Shown here one piece after another: positions 48,437-59,614 of a stretch of DNA of 64,000 nucleotides. A program made the translations under genes and the position numbers. Numbering within the stretch: the first letter of the stretch is position 1; each line of letters begins with the position of its first letter. The stretch is from Phormidium sp. (lineage in GTDB: Bacteria > Cyanobacteriota > Cyanobacteriia > Cyanobacteriales > Aerosakkonemataceae), in NCBI GenBank assembly GCA_051013385.1, contig CP143273.1, positions 1,344,001 through 1,408,000 of the forward strand. Direction: 5' to 3'. Under the pieces are notes generated by a model, which saw only the letters and a list, made by a program, of their open reading frames with translations, was not told the origin of the DNA and searched no databases.

Positions 48437-50206
48437 ATGTTACCGAATTTTAGACGTTTCATCACAATTTATCGAGGTTACGAGCGACCATTCTGGGTAT
48501 CGCAGATCTTGTTAGCGATCGCCAATATTTTCACACTGTTGATCCCATTAATGACGCAGGAACTAATTGACGAAGGGTTACTAGGTGGCGATCGAAATGC
48601 TTTAGGACAGAGTGTTTTATGGATGGTAATATTTGCCTTTTTGAGTGCCATCTTTACAATTGCAAACGCTTGGTATGGAGTGTTATTTGGCGAATTTACT
48701 GCTCATGCGGTGCGGATCAACTTGTATCGAAAAATTCAACAGTTTTCCTTTGGCAATTTAGATAAATTTCCCACTAGTGATTTGATGGTAAGAATGACTA
48801 GTGATGTGGATGCAATTAAAGGAGCCATACAACAGATAGTTTTATCTTTAGCGCAAGCTCCTATCATGTTTATTGGGGCATTAATTTTAATTTTTTTCAA
48901 CAGCCCCAGCCTTATATGGATCTTATTAGTTGTGATTCCTCTTGTGAGTATTCTGTTAGCATTTTTCATTAACAAAATCGGAGCATTTTTTCAAGTAGTA
49001 CAGAAAAAGCTTGATAATTTAAACAGTGTTTTGCAAGAAGTTTTAGCAGGCGTGAGAGTAGTCAAAGCTTTTGTACAAAGTGATTATGAAAACCACCGTT
49101 ACGATCGCGCCAACCGAGAATTTCGCAAAGCATCTCTGCGCCCCATGCAGTACATTTCTTTCTTGCAACCAACACTGTATTTAATTGTCAACTTAGCAAT
49201 AGCCAGTATACTTTGGTTTGGTGGAGTTTCCGTCACCCAAGGTCAAGTTACAGTCGGTGAAATTCTCGCTTTTACTCAGTACTTAGCAACTATTTTAACT
49301 CCCCTAGTTTTACTAGCAGTACTTACACCGCAAATTACCGCAGCAGAAGCCTCAGCCGAACGAATATTTCAAGTCATAGATTCAATCCCAACGGTACCCG
49401 ATTCGCCCCCTACTTTGGAACTAGATCTTGCTACTGCTAAAGGACGTATTCTATTTGAAAATGTTAGTTTTAGCTATTTTGCCAACCCCAGCAAAAAAGA
49501 AGAGGAAAACCATTCTACACCAGTACTAAAAAATATTAATTTAGTCATAGAACCGGGACAAACAGTTGCTTTTTTAGGGGCTACAGGATCGGGAAAATCT
49601 ACTTTAGTAAACTTGATTCCTCGCTTTTATGATGTGACGAGTGGGCGAATCACGATCGATGGTGTAGATGTGCGAAATATTCCTTTGGAAACCTTACATC
49701 AACTAGTAGGAATTTCCTTGCAAGAGTCAGTTTTGTTTAGTGGAAAAGTGCGGGAAAATGTTTGTTACGGCAAACCGGAAGCTACCGAAGATGAGATGAT
49801 TGCAGCAGCAAAAGCCGCAGATGCTCACGGTTTTGTCAGTGCAATTCCTGAAGGTTATGATGCTGCGGTAGCGAGAAGGGGAACTAATTTTTCTGGGGGA
49901 CAAAGACAGCGGTTATCGATCGCTCGCGCCCTCAGCATCAAGTCGAAAATTTTGATTTTTGATGATAGTACAAGTGCTTTAGATATGGCAACAGAAGCCC
50001 GGGTTCAAGATGCGATTAAAAACTCGATGGGAGATAGCACAATTTTATTTGTTGCTCAACGTATTAGCACCGTAATTACTGCCGATAATATCTTCCTTTT
50101 AGAAGCTGGAGAAATTGTCGCCCAAGGCAATCACGAAACCTTACTTCGCACTAGTTCATTGTATCAAGAAATCTACGAATCTCAACTCGGAGGCGTACCC
50201 GCTTAA
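48437..50206 (+). CDS. ABC exporter subunit (TMD+NBD), degenerate-site half of a heterodimer
   Basis: GATGSGKST, FSGGQRQR, Walker B IFDD (no Glu), switch AQR instead of AHR; ATG 48437 preferred over TTG 48422. Confidence 0.92.
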   Translation: MLPNFRRFITIYRGYERPFWVSQILLAIANIFTLLIPLMTQELIDEGLLGGDRNALGQSVLWMVIFAFLSAIFTIANAWYGVLFGEFTAHAVRINLYRKIQQFSFGNLDKFPTSDLMVRMTSDVDAIKGAIQQIVLSLAQAPIMFIGALILIFFNSPSLIWILLVVIPLVSILLAFFINKIGAFFQVVQKKLDNLNSVLQEVLAGVRVVKAFVQSDYENHRYDRANREFRKASLRPMQYISFLQPTLYLIVNLAIASILWFGGVSVTQGQVTVGEILAFTQYLATILTPLVLLAVLTPQITAAEASAERIFQVIDSIPTVPDSPPTLELDLATAKGRILFENVSFSYFANPSKKEEENHSTPVLKNINLVIEPGQTVAFLGATGSGKSTLVNLIPRFYDVTSGRITIDGVDVRNIPLETLHQLVGISLQESVLFSGKVRENVCYGKPEATEDEMIAAAKAADAHGFVSAIPEGYDAAVARRGTNFSGGQRQRLSIARALSIKSKILIFDDSTSALDMATEARVQDAIKNSMGDSTILFVAQRISTVITADNIFLLEAGEIVAQGNHETLLRTSSLYQEIYESQLGGVPA

Positions 50207-50257
50207 TAGGGACAAGCCAATAATTTTGCCAAGCTATTCACACCAAAAATAGAGAAC

Positions 50258-52063
50258 ATGACTAAACCTTTTTTGCATCGTAAATTTCCCTCGAAAGCTG
50301 GAGAACCTCCAAAAGAATCTACCGGAAAAGTTTTGCCTCGGTTGTTAGGTTATGTAACCCACTACACTGGGCAAATCTTATTAGTAATACTACTGTTGTT
50401 AGTCGGTACAACATTCAATTTGTTAATTCCTTATCTTTTGGGAGAAGGACTCAACAATTTAAGCACTTCACCGAACTTAAAAGTGCTGTTGAATATTGTC
50501 ATATTAATGGCGATCGCATCAGTCGGCAGCTGGGCGGCACTATTACTACAAGGGCTAATTATAGCTAAAGTATTGCAACGGGCTTTGTATAACCTGCGGC
50601 GCGATTTGTTTGAGCATATCCAAACCCTTTCTATCAATTTCTTCGATCGACAACCGATCGGACAATTAATGAGCCGTGTCACCAATGACACAGAAGTAAT
50701 TGCTACATTCTTTCGCAGTGGTTTAAATTTGTTATTGAGCGAAAGTATCAAACTAGTTTTTATTGTCATCGCCATGTTTTGGCTGAACTGGAAATTAGCA
50801 ATTACAGCATTGATAATTTCACCGTTAGTTATGACATTTTTAGGCTTTATTAGTCGAGTATCAGGGCCAATTTTTGATAATTTACAACAACAAATTGGCG
50901 AACTCAATGGCTTGATGGAAGAAACAGTAAGCGGCGAAAAAGTAGTCATTGCCTACGGTCGGCAACAGGAAGCGATCGACAACTTTCAACAAATTAGTTT
51001 AGCCGCAATGGAAGCGGGAATTAAAGCCCGATTTATTGCCTTACTCAGTCGCCCAGTTACACTAGTTTTGACCAACTTAGATGTTGCCTTAGTAGCCTTA
51101 GTTGGCGGTTTGTTAGTATTAAATAATCAAGCCGATGTGGGTATAGTCGCCACATTTTTACAATACACAAGACAATTTGGAATTCCGATCGCCAACCTTG
51201 CTAATACTTTAGATAGTTTGTTAGCATCAATTTCATCTGCCGAAAGAGTCTTTGCCATTTTAGATGAAAAACCAGTAATTGTAGACAAACCTAACGCTTT
51301 TCCCCTGCCACCAATTCAAGGTCATGTTGTGTTTAAAAATGTAGACTTTAGCTATGTTCAAGGTAGACAAATTCTGAAACAGAATAGCTTTGAAGCTTTA
51401 CCCGGTCAAAAAATTGGTTTGTGTGGCCCTACAGGTGCAGGCAAAAGTACAATCATCAACTTAATTACTCGTTATTATGACATTGACAAAGGCGACATTA
51501 CCATCGACGGGCATAGTATTTATGATGTACAACAAGACAGTTTGCGTCGGCAAATTGGCATTGTATTACAGGAACCTTTCCTATTTTCAGATACCGTAAT
51601 GAATAACCTGCGTTACGCTAGATTAGACGCAACAGATGAAGATTGTATTACCGCCGCAAAACAAGCAAATGCTCACGAATTTATCTGGCGTTTACCTAAC
51701 AGTTACGATACTGTTTTAACCGAGCGAGGCGGTAATCTTAGTCAAGGACAAAGGCAATTATTAACGATCGCTAGAATGATGGTAGCAAATCCCCGCATGG
51801 TAATTTTAGACGAAGCTACCAGCAACGTAGATACTCGCACCGAAGAAAAGATTCAACAAGCACTAAATCGTTTAATGCAAGGACGCACGAGTTTTGTAAT
51901 TGCTCACCGATTAAGTACAATTCGAGATGCCGATCAAATATTAGTAATTAAAGCCGGAGAAATCATTGAACGAGGCACTCACGAAGAATTAATGGCAAAA
52001 CATGAATTCTACTATGACCTTTACATGAGTCAGTTTAAAGGTAAAGTGGCTGCGATCGCTTAA
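50258..52063 (+). CDS. ABC exporter subunit (TMD+NBD), consensus-site half of a heterodimer
   Basis: GPTGAGKST, LSQGQRQ, ILDEATS, IAHRLST. Confidence 0.93.
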   Translation: MTKPFLHRKFPSKAGEPPKESTGKVLPRLLGYVTHYTGQILLVILLLLVGTTFNLLIPYLLGEGLNNLSTSPNLKVLLNIVILMAIASVGSWAALLLQGLIIAKVLQRALYNLRRDLFEHIQTLSINFFDRQPIGQLMSRVTNDTEVIATFFRSGLNLLLSESIKLVFIVIAMFWLNWKLAITALIISPLVMTFLGFISRVSGPIFDNLQQQIGELNGLMEETVSGEKVVIAYGRQQEAIDNFQQISLAAMEAGIKARFIALLSRPVTLVLTNLDVALVALVGGLLVLNNQADVGIVATFLQYTRQFGIPIANLANTLDSLLASISSAERVFAILDEKPVIVDKPNAFPLPPIQGHVVFKNVDFSYVQGRQILKQNSFEALPGQKIGLCGPTGAGKSTIINLITRYYDIDKGDITIDGHSIYDVQQDSLRRQIGIVLQEPFLFSDTVMNNLRYARLDATDEDCITAAKQANAHEFIWRLPNSYDTVLTERGGNLSQGQRQLLTIARMMVANPRMVILDEATSNVDTRTEEKIQQALNRLMQGRTSFVIAHRLSTIRDADQILVIKAGEIIERGTHEELMAKHEFYYDLYMSQFKGKVAAIA

Positions 52064-52515
52064 TCAACTCCCATTAATCAAGTTCGTTGTAACGACTTCA
52101 GTCGTTCTTTTTCAAATAACACGACTGTTAGTGATAGCGGCGCGTTAGTGCTAGTCGTTACAAGCGACTTAATTACGTATTTATAGTGGATTTGTTGTAA
52201 CAAAATATTTATTAAACTAGTAATCTTACTGTCTCAAATTAACTTGAAGAAATGTAACATATTTATTTTGATCCACATGGGCATACTAATTAGGAGATAA
52301 ATTGAACGACTATAAATACCGCAAAAGATTCAAATTAAACAACCTTCTTTTGCACCAAGAGGCAGAGCCTCTGTTTCTCGTTCCCAGGTTGAACCTGGGA
52401 ACCAGGATTTCTTGTTCCCAGGTTCAACCTGGGAACGAGGATCTGGGAGGTTCTACCTCCCCTGCGGCAAGATCTCAGACAAACAGGGAAAAGGTACAAG
52501 GGGAAAAACTCAACA

Positions 52516-55464
52516 ATGATTAAAAGTACTAAAAGAATTGTCAAGGAACGGAGAGATTATAACACTTGGGTCGCCACTGAAACCTTAGAAGATTACTCTT
52601 TACGTTATGCTCCGAAATCATTTCGTAAATGGTCAGAATTTCTAGTAGCAAACACTGCCATAGGCGGAATTTCTTTTCTAGCTTTAGAAGCCATAGGTGG
52701 TTCACTAGTTATCAATTATGGCTTTGCTAATTCCTGCTGGGCAATTCTGGTTGTCGGTGCAATAATTTTTCTCGCAGGTTTACCAATTACTTACTACGCT
52801 GCTAAATACAATATTGATATAGATTTATTAACCAGAGGCGCAGGTTTTGGTTATATCGGCTCAACAATTACCTCTCTAATTTATGCCTCTTTTACTTTTC
52901 TTTTCTTTGCTTTAGAAGCAGCAATTATGGCTCAGGCATTGAAACTTTATTTTCATTTGCCTTTATCAATTGGCTATTTAATTTGTTCTTTAATAATTAT
53001 TCCCTTGGTTTTTTACGGAGTCACGCTAATTAACAAATTGCAGTTGTGGACACAACCAATTTGGCTTTTGTTAATGATTTTGCCCTATATTTTTGTACTT
53101 TACAAAGAACCAAATGCTTTAGATAACTGGCTACATTTTGCGGGAAATTCACCAAGCGGCGCAGCTTTTGATCCATTATTATTTGGCACAGCAGCGACAG
53201 TTTCATTTTCCTTAATTGCTCAATTAGGAGAACAGGTAGACTATTTAAGATTTTTGCCGACTCTTGGTAAAGAAAATCGATTTAAGTGGTGGTTTGCGGT
53301 AATTGTTGCTGGCCCTGGTTGGATAATTTTAGGATGTGCAAAGCAGTTAGGCGGGGCTTTTTTAGCTACTTTAGCTATTAAACATGGCGTGGAAGTTTCT
53401 GTTGCTAAAGAACCAATTCAAATGTATTTAGCGGGTTTTGCGAGTATTTTCTCCGATCCAAGATTGGTGTTGTCTGTTGCTACATTTTTTGTGATTGTTT
53501 CCCAAATTAAAATTAATGTTACCAATGCTTATGCGGGTTCTTTAGCTTGGTCAAACTTTTTTTCAAGGTTAACTCATAGCCATCCCGGAAGAGTAGTTTG
53601 GTTAATATTTAATGTAACGATCGCACTATTATTAATGGAGTTAGGAGTATTTCAAACATTAGAAGCCGTCTTAGGTTTATACTCTAATATTGCGATCGCT
53701 TGGGTAGGCGCAGTAGTTGCTGATTTAGTTATCAATAAACCCTTGGGTTTAAGCCCTTCCTATATTGAATTTAAACGAGCTTATCTCTATAATTTTAATC
53801 CAGTTGGTTTTGGGGCAATGGCGATCGCTTCTGGAGTTTCAATAATCGCCTTTATCGGCGCTTTTGGCAATTATGCCCAAGCCTATTCTCCCTTCATCGC
53901 CTTGGGTGTAGCCTTTGTTCTCTCACCAATTATTGCCGTAATTACCAAAGGAAAATACTACATCGCTAGGGAAAACACACATTGCCAAAATAACGATATT
54001 AATTCTTTAATAACCTGCTGCATTTGCGAACAAGAATATGAACTAGCAGATACAGCATTTTGTCCAGTTTATGATGGGCCAATTTGCTCTTTATGTTGCA
54101 GTTTAGATGCCCATTGTCATGATAAATGTAAACCCTCTGACAGCTATATCAAAACCCTGACAAAAAACCTTTATTATCACGTCCTAGACGGTAAACTCTC
54201 TCCCAAGATGGGAATAAGAGTAATTAGATTTGGCGGCATATTTTCCCTCAGCGCTGGATTAATTGGCACAATTATGGGTTTAGTTTACTATCAAGGAGTG
54301 TTAAAATCACCAGAAGTACCAATAGCAATTCATTACCCAATTCTGAAAATATTTATAGTTGTCTATGCTGCTTTGTTAGTTGTAACCGGAATTGCTACTT
54401 GGTGGTTAGTTTTAAGTGAAGAAAGTCGGGAATTAGCCGAAGAAGAACTAGACAAACAAAATCAACTGCTGCAACAAGAAATTGCCGAACGAGAACAAGT
54501 AGAAGCAGCTTTACAAAAACTGACTCACGAGTTAGAAATGCGCGTCGAACAACGCACTGCTGAATTATCGCAAGCTTTGAGTAGTTTACAACAAGCCCAA
54601 ACTCAACTTGTGCAAACCGAAAAAATGTCTAGTTTAGGACAATTGGTAGCAGGAATTGCTCACGAAATTAACAACCCAATTAACTTTATACATGGCAACT
54701 TAGAACACGCCAGCGAATATGTTACGGGGTTACTTGAACTCGTCGAAACTTACCAAGCAGAAATTCCCAATGTTTCCGCGAATATTGAGGAACTCACAGA
54801 AGAAATAGAACTAGAATTTATTCAAGAAGATTTACCAAAATTACTTTCTTCCATGCGAGTTGGTACAGAAAGAATTCGCGCCATAGTGTTATCTTTGCGA
54901 AGCTTCTCACGCTTAGATGAAGCAGATGTGAAAGCGGTAGATTTGCATGAGGGAATAGATAGCACTTTGATGATTTTAGGACATCGCTTAAAAGCTAGGT
55001 CAGAACGTCCAGCGATTCAAGTTATTAAAAAGTACGGAAAGTTACCTTTAGTCGAGTGTTATGCTGGGCAACTTAATCAGGTTTTTATGAACATTTTAGT
55101 CAATGCGATCGATGCCCTAGAAGAACAAAATGTTAACCGCACTTTTGCCGATATTCAGACTCATCCTAATCAAATTACCATTCGTACAACTGTTGAATCA
55201 GCAGAATTTGTGGTAATTTCAATTCAAGACAATGGCCCAGGAATGTCCTCAGAAGTTCAACAAAAATTGTTTGATTATCAGTTTACTACCAAACCAATTG
55301 GTAAAGGCACAGGATTAGGTTTATCAATTAGTCGTCAAATTGTCGTCGAAAAACATGGCGGAACTTTAACTTGTAAATCGGAATTAGGCAAAGGTACAGA
55401 ATTTGCGATCGCCATTCCCATCCATCAAACTGCTAAATTAATCATTCCTAACGCTGTCGTTTAA
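52516..55464 (+). CDS. Permease-like (NCS1/purine-cytosine type) membrane domain fused to Cys-rich linker and histidine kinase
   Basis: Many TM helices with ETLEDYSLRY, GEQVDYLRF, KINVTNAY; CCIC...CSLCCSLD.HCHDKC; AHEINNP; GKGTGLGL. Confidence 0.88.
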   Translation: MIKSTKRIVKERRDYNTWVATETLEDYSLRYAPKSFRKWSEFLVANTAIGGISFLALEAIGGSLVINYGFANSCWAILVVGAIIFLAGLPITYYAAKYNIDIDLLTRGAGFGYIGSTITSLIYASFTFLFFALEAAIMAQALKLYFHLPLSIGYLICSLIIIPLVFYGVTLINKLQLWTQPIWLLLMILPYIFVLYKEPNALDNWLHFAGNSPSGAAFDPLLFGTAATVSFSLIAQLGEQVDYLRFLPTLGKENRFKWWFAVIVAGPGWIILGCAKQLGGAFLATLAIKHGVEVSVAKEPIQMYLAGFASIFSDPRLVLSVATFFVIVSQIKINVTNAYAGSLAWSNFFSRLTHSHPGRVVWLIFNVTIALLLMELGVFQTLEAVLGLYSNIAIAWVGAVVADLVINKPLGLSPSYIEFKRAYLYNFNPVGFGAMAIASGVSIIAFIGAFGNYAQAYSPFIALGVAFVLSPIIAVITKGKYYIARENTHCQNNDINSLITCCICEQEYELADTAFCPVYDGPICSLCCSLDAHCHDKCKPSDSYIKTLTKNLYYHVLDGKLSPKMGIRVIRFGGIFSLSAGLIGTIMGLVYYQGVLKSPEVPIAIHYPILKIFIVVYAALLVVTGIATWWLVLSEESRELAEEELDKQNQLLQQEIAEREQVEAALQKLTHELEMRVEQRTAELSQALSSLQQAQTQLVQTEKMSSLGQLVAGIAHEINNPINFIHGNLEHASEYVTGLLELVETYQAEIPNVSANIEELTEEIELEFIQEDLPKLLSSMRVGTERIRAIVLSLRSFSRLDEADVKAVDLHEGIDSTLMILGHRLKARSERPAIQVIKKYGKLPLVECYAGQLNQVFMNILVNAIDALEEQNVNRTFADIQTHPNQITIRTTVESAEFVVISIQDNGPGMSSEVQQKLFDYQFTTKPIGKGTGLGLSISRQIVVEKHGGTLTCKSELGKGTEFAIAIPIHQTAKLIIPNAVV

Positions 55465-55545
55465 TAATATGGTATAAAATTTAAAGATGGCGATCTGTTT
55501 TAGAAATGAGCCAGTTTCCTGTTTTAGTAGTAGAAGATGAACAAA

Positions 55546-55636
55546 TAGACATCTCCAAAAAAGATTGTAGAGACGTTGTATACAACGTCTCTACAGGGGT
55601 TCCAAGTAACGCACATTTAATTTCTGGAGATGTCTA
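55546..55636. mobile_element. MITE-like element enclosing a 30 bp perfect palindrome
   Basis: TAGACATCTCCA / TGGAGATGTCTA ends; inner TGTAGAGACGTTGTATACAACGTCTCTACA (55566-55595). Confidence 0.75.
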
Positions 55637-55832
55637 ATATTAGTTAAGGTTGTTTCTTGAGAGAATTAGAAAGCGATCGCTTTTGGGAAAATTCAGGCAA
55701 GAAACGAATGAAGTCGCTACAACGAACTTAAATAAAAGGTTTGGCTTGTTTGTTGTAAGGACTTCAGTCCTAATTATGCTGACACAACTAGCACTAAAGT
55801 CCTCACAACTAACTTAAATTATGGCGATCGGA

Positions 55833-56840
<1,008 letters not shown>

Positions 56841-56975
56841 TCATGTCAGTGAACTCTTAGACCCAAGACAAAATTCTTCTTAATTGATCTTAAGAAAAGA
56901 TTAAACTGAACCAGGCGTGCAGGGGGGCTCTCGGAGCAGGGGGAAATCAGACTAGAAAGATTTGATGTTTTGTTG

Positions 56976-57071
56976 TTAATGAAAGTCTATTTGGGGTTGT
57001 AGTAATAACATGATTGTTCCTACTAACACAAAAGACAGAGATACCCACAACAACATTAAATTTAAACGCAT
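56976..57071 (-). CDS. Candidate 31 aa single-TM microprotein
   Basis: MRLNLMLLWVSLSFVLVGTIMLLLQPQIDFH; AAGGAG RBS upstream. Confidence 0.45.
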   Translation of the reverse strand: MRLNLMLLWVSLSFVLVGTIMLLLQPQIDFH

Positions 57072-57083
57072 GATTTCTTCTCC

Positions 57084-57167
57084 TTAAGCACCTTTTAATT
57101 CTGCGTATCCTTGAATATTTTCCGGTTCAAACTGACGCTCGGACAAAACTGCCACTAAATAATTCAT
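57084..57167 (-). pseudogene. 27-codon ORF resembling the joined N- and C-termini of a conserved cyanobacterial membrane protein
   Basis: MNYLVAVLS-E-RQFEPENIQGYAELKGA; family match is from memory, not from a search. Confidence 0.5.
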
Positions 57168-57310
57168 CGTCAAAGCTATATCTTGAGTATTCCTACTCCC
57201 CCAGCAAATCAAACCCACTCAGTAAATTCATCTCTCTTTAGAATGTTAAGACTTTCTAGTACGTTGTTGCGCTTCAGCGCCCTCTTTAGCGCTGAAGCGC
57301 AACAACGTAC

Positions 57311-58162
57311 CTATTGTAATTGTTCAGGGTCAATGCCCATTTCGCGCAGTTTGGCGAGTAAGGATTGGGATCTTTCTCTCTCCTGTGCTAATAAAGCTTG
57401 TGTCTCTTCTGCGCGTTGGCGTTCCGCTTCTGCCCGTTGACTTTCGGCTTCTGCCCGTTGGCGTTCCGCTTCTGCCCGTTGACTTTCGGCTTCTGCCCGT
57501 TGGCGTTCCGCTTCCGTCTGTTCTTCTGACCATAGCAAAAGATTTCCTTGGGCATCCCACCACCTTAACCAATGTCCAGTTCTGCCTTCGTGAGTGCCTT
57601 CCCAAACTCCCAAAAATAAGTCTAATCCGGGAATTAAATAGCGCCCAGATTCATCGGGTTTTTGGGGTTTATAGTGTCCCGACTCTAGAGTATAAACCTC
57701 GATGCGTCCGGTGTTTGGGCGGAAAATTACATAGCGAGGAACTTGGATGACTCGTTCGTAAAAGAACCATTTGCCAATGTTTTCTGTAGATTCTACAGAG
57801 TATTCTTCGCCGTAGGTAGCTGAGAGAAACTCCATTACTACTTGGGGAATAGTTCCTTCTGTGTGCGGTGTGTAACTGCGACGGGGTGGGGCTTTGCGCC
57901 AAGGTTCTACAGGGCGCACATACATCCAGTCAGGCGCTTTACAAATAATTCGTTCATCGATCGCCGCACATAAGGCAAAATTAGAAACTATTAGTGCATC
58001 TTGGCAAAGTTCTGGGAATGCCGTTAAAGGCTGACGTAATGCAGCTGCTAGTAAAGGCTGGTCGGTGTTTTCCACTGGGTCATCAGGTAAAATAAAGTCG
58101 TCTGGTAATAAAGGCCAAGTAATTGCCAGTTTTTGCGCTGGTGTGGGAACGGTGGTAGTCAT
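57311..58162 (-). CDS. Uma2 (DUF820) family endonuclease with heptad-repeat coiled-coil tail
   Basis: KAPDW, VMEFLS, GKWFFYE, WLRWWD; (EAERQRA/EAESQRA)x5 encoded by 21 bp repeats. Confidence 0.9.
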   Translation of the reverse strand: MTTTVPTPAQKLAITWPLLPDDFILPDDPVENTDQPLLAAALRQPLTAFPELCQDALIVSNFALCAAIDERIICKAPDWMYVRPVEPWRKAPPRRSYTPHTEGTIPQVVMEFLSATYGEEYSVESTENIGKWFFYERVIQVPRYVIFRPNTGRIEVYTLESGHYKPQKPDESGRYLIPGLDLFLGVWEGTHEGRTGHWLRWWDAQGNLLLWSEEQTEAERQRAEAESQRAEAERQRAEAESQRAEAERQRAEETQALLAQERERSQSLLAKLREMGIDPEQLQ

Positions 58163-58263
58163 GAGCTCACCTTGCGATCGCCTCTGGTTGAATTTTAATG
58201 GATGAACATAGTCATAAGTTGTGCGAACATTAATGTGTTGAGTAAAGTTATGAGCAAGTTGCT

Positions 58264-58797
58264 ATGGTCTTACCATTTCCCACAATAATCAAATCATTTT
58301 GGCTGCGTTTGTTGACGGCAATTTTAACGTTGATTTTGGCATTTCTTTGGGTAATGTTGAGTGCAACGCCTGTGGCTGTAGCCCAAGAAAAAACTGTTAA
58401 TTACACTAAGACTAATTTACAAAATCGCGATTTCTCTAATACAGATTTAGAGGGCGCAGTTTTTGCAGCAGCGGAAATGAAGGGAATCAATTTCCAAAAT
58501 TCTAATCTGAATTTGGCAATTATGACTCAGGGAATTATGCCAGAAGCTAATTTAGAAGGTGCTAATTTGGCTGGGGCTTTAGTTGATAGCGTGGTCTTTA
58601 ATAAAGCGAATTTAAAAAACGCTATTTTCACAGCGGCAATCATGGTTGACACTAGTTTTAAGGATGCAGATATTACTGGCGCTGACTTCACCGATGCAAT
58701 TATCGATCGCTATGAAGTAAAACGTCTTTGTCAACGCGCCGAAGGTGTCAACCCAGTAACTAAAGTTGCTACCAGAGATAGTTTAGATTGCGATTAA
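58264..58797 (+). CDS. Pentapeptide repeat protein, probably thylakoid lumenal
   Basis: Signal peptide; A(D/N)Lxx repeats; C-terminal LC..AEGVNPVT..TRDSLDC. Confidence 0.9.
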   Translation: MVLPFPTIIKSFWLRLLTAILTLILAFLWVMLSATPVAVAQEKTVNYTKTNLQNRDFSNTDLEGAVFAAAEMKGINFQNSNLNLAIMTQGIMPEANLEGANLAGALVDSVVFNKANLKNAIFTAAIMVDTSFKDADITGADFTDAIIDRYEVKRLCQRAEGVNPVTKVATRDSLDCD

Positions 58798-59520
58798 TTT
58801 GGCTTTAGTTAAATGGTACATATCTTCCCAGTTGAGGACATCTTCTAATAAAGTTTGATAGCCCAAAATATTGGGGTGAAGTCCATCTTCAGTCAGGCGC
58901 GATCGCATCCATTGTGTACCACGTCCCATCCACAGATCGAAAATATCTAAATAGGGAATCTCTCGCGCCTGACAAGCTTGTTTAGTTGCTTCTTTGTAAC
59001 GATATTGGTCAGCCAAGTTATAGTAAAAACAATCTAAAAATGGCATCTTTTCTTCATTAACTGGCACCATCCCCACAAATAACACCGGACATAATTGTTG
59101 GGCGCGATACGTGCTGACGCACACGCTGGCGCGATCGAGCAAAGCTGCCATTTCAACTTCAAATTTGGTAAATTCTGTGTAATTCCTGCCGTTAGCTCTA
59201 GTTAATCTCGCAGAATCATTCACTCCCACAGAAAGAATGATTAAATCTGGAACCCGATTTCGCAGTTCTCCCCGATTGCGAAACTCATCTTCTAAACGTT
59301 CGGCAACTTGCTGCGTGCGATCGCCCCGTACCCCCAAATTATACAAAACATGACCCGGATTCGGCGGCATCATCCACTGCCGTCTGAGTCGTTCCACCCA
59401 TCCCCCACCTTCATGATCGCCAAATCCATAAACTAAACTATCCCCCAGCGCTACCACCTTTAGGGAATTGTGATTCACTAAGCGTAAATGAAAGGAAGTA
59501 CTATCTGCTAATGCTGCCAT
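58783..59520 (-). CDS. SGNH/GDSL hydrolase carrying a 9 aa insertion
   Basis: GDSL, NLGVRG, GVND, DGLHPN. Confidence 0.92.
   Translation of the reverse strand: MAALADSTSFHLRLVNHNSLKVVALGDSLVYGFGDHEGGGWVERLRRQWMMPPNPGHVLYNLGVRGDRTQQVAERLEDEFRNRGELRNRVPDLIILSVGVNDSARLTRANGRNYTEFTKFEVEMAALLDRASVCVSTYRAQQLCPVLFVGMVPVNEEKMPFLDCFYYNLADQYRYKEATKQACQAREIPYLDIFDLWMGRGTQWMRSRLTEDGLHPNILGYQTLLEDVLNWEDMYHLTKAKLIAI
59101..59135. mobile_element. Very small insertion (19 nt core between 8 bp direct repeats) inside the GDSL gene
   Basis: GGCGCGAT-ACGTGCTGACGCACACGCT-GGCGCGAT. Confidence 0.7.
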
Positions 59521-59614
59521 GTAACACAGAGTATAAATACTGAACTATTCTAAAATCTTGACACAATGACAAGAAAATACACAATATCTCATATTAGATG
59601 AAGAGTGTAGGAAT

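Noticed and set aside
52140..52300. NtcA box upstream of the permease-kinase
   Set aside because: Several GTA half-sites but no GTA-N8-TAC match found by eye.
52302..52544. 73 aa and 69 aa ORFs containing LVPRLNLGT
   Set aside because: Derived from the palindromic repeat also found at 24611.
57183..57902. Overlapping ORFs around the Uma2 gene
   Set aside because: Antisense or frame-shifted readings of the 21 bp coiled-coil repeats and the adjacent palindrome.
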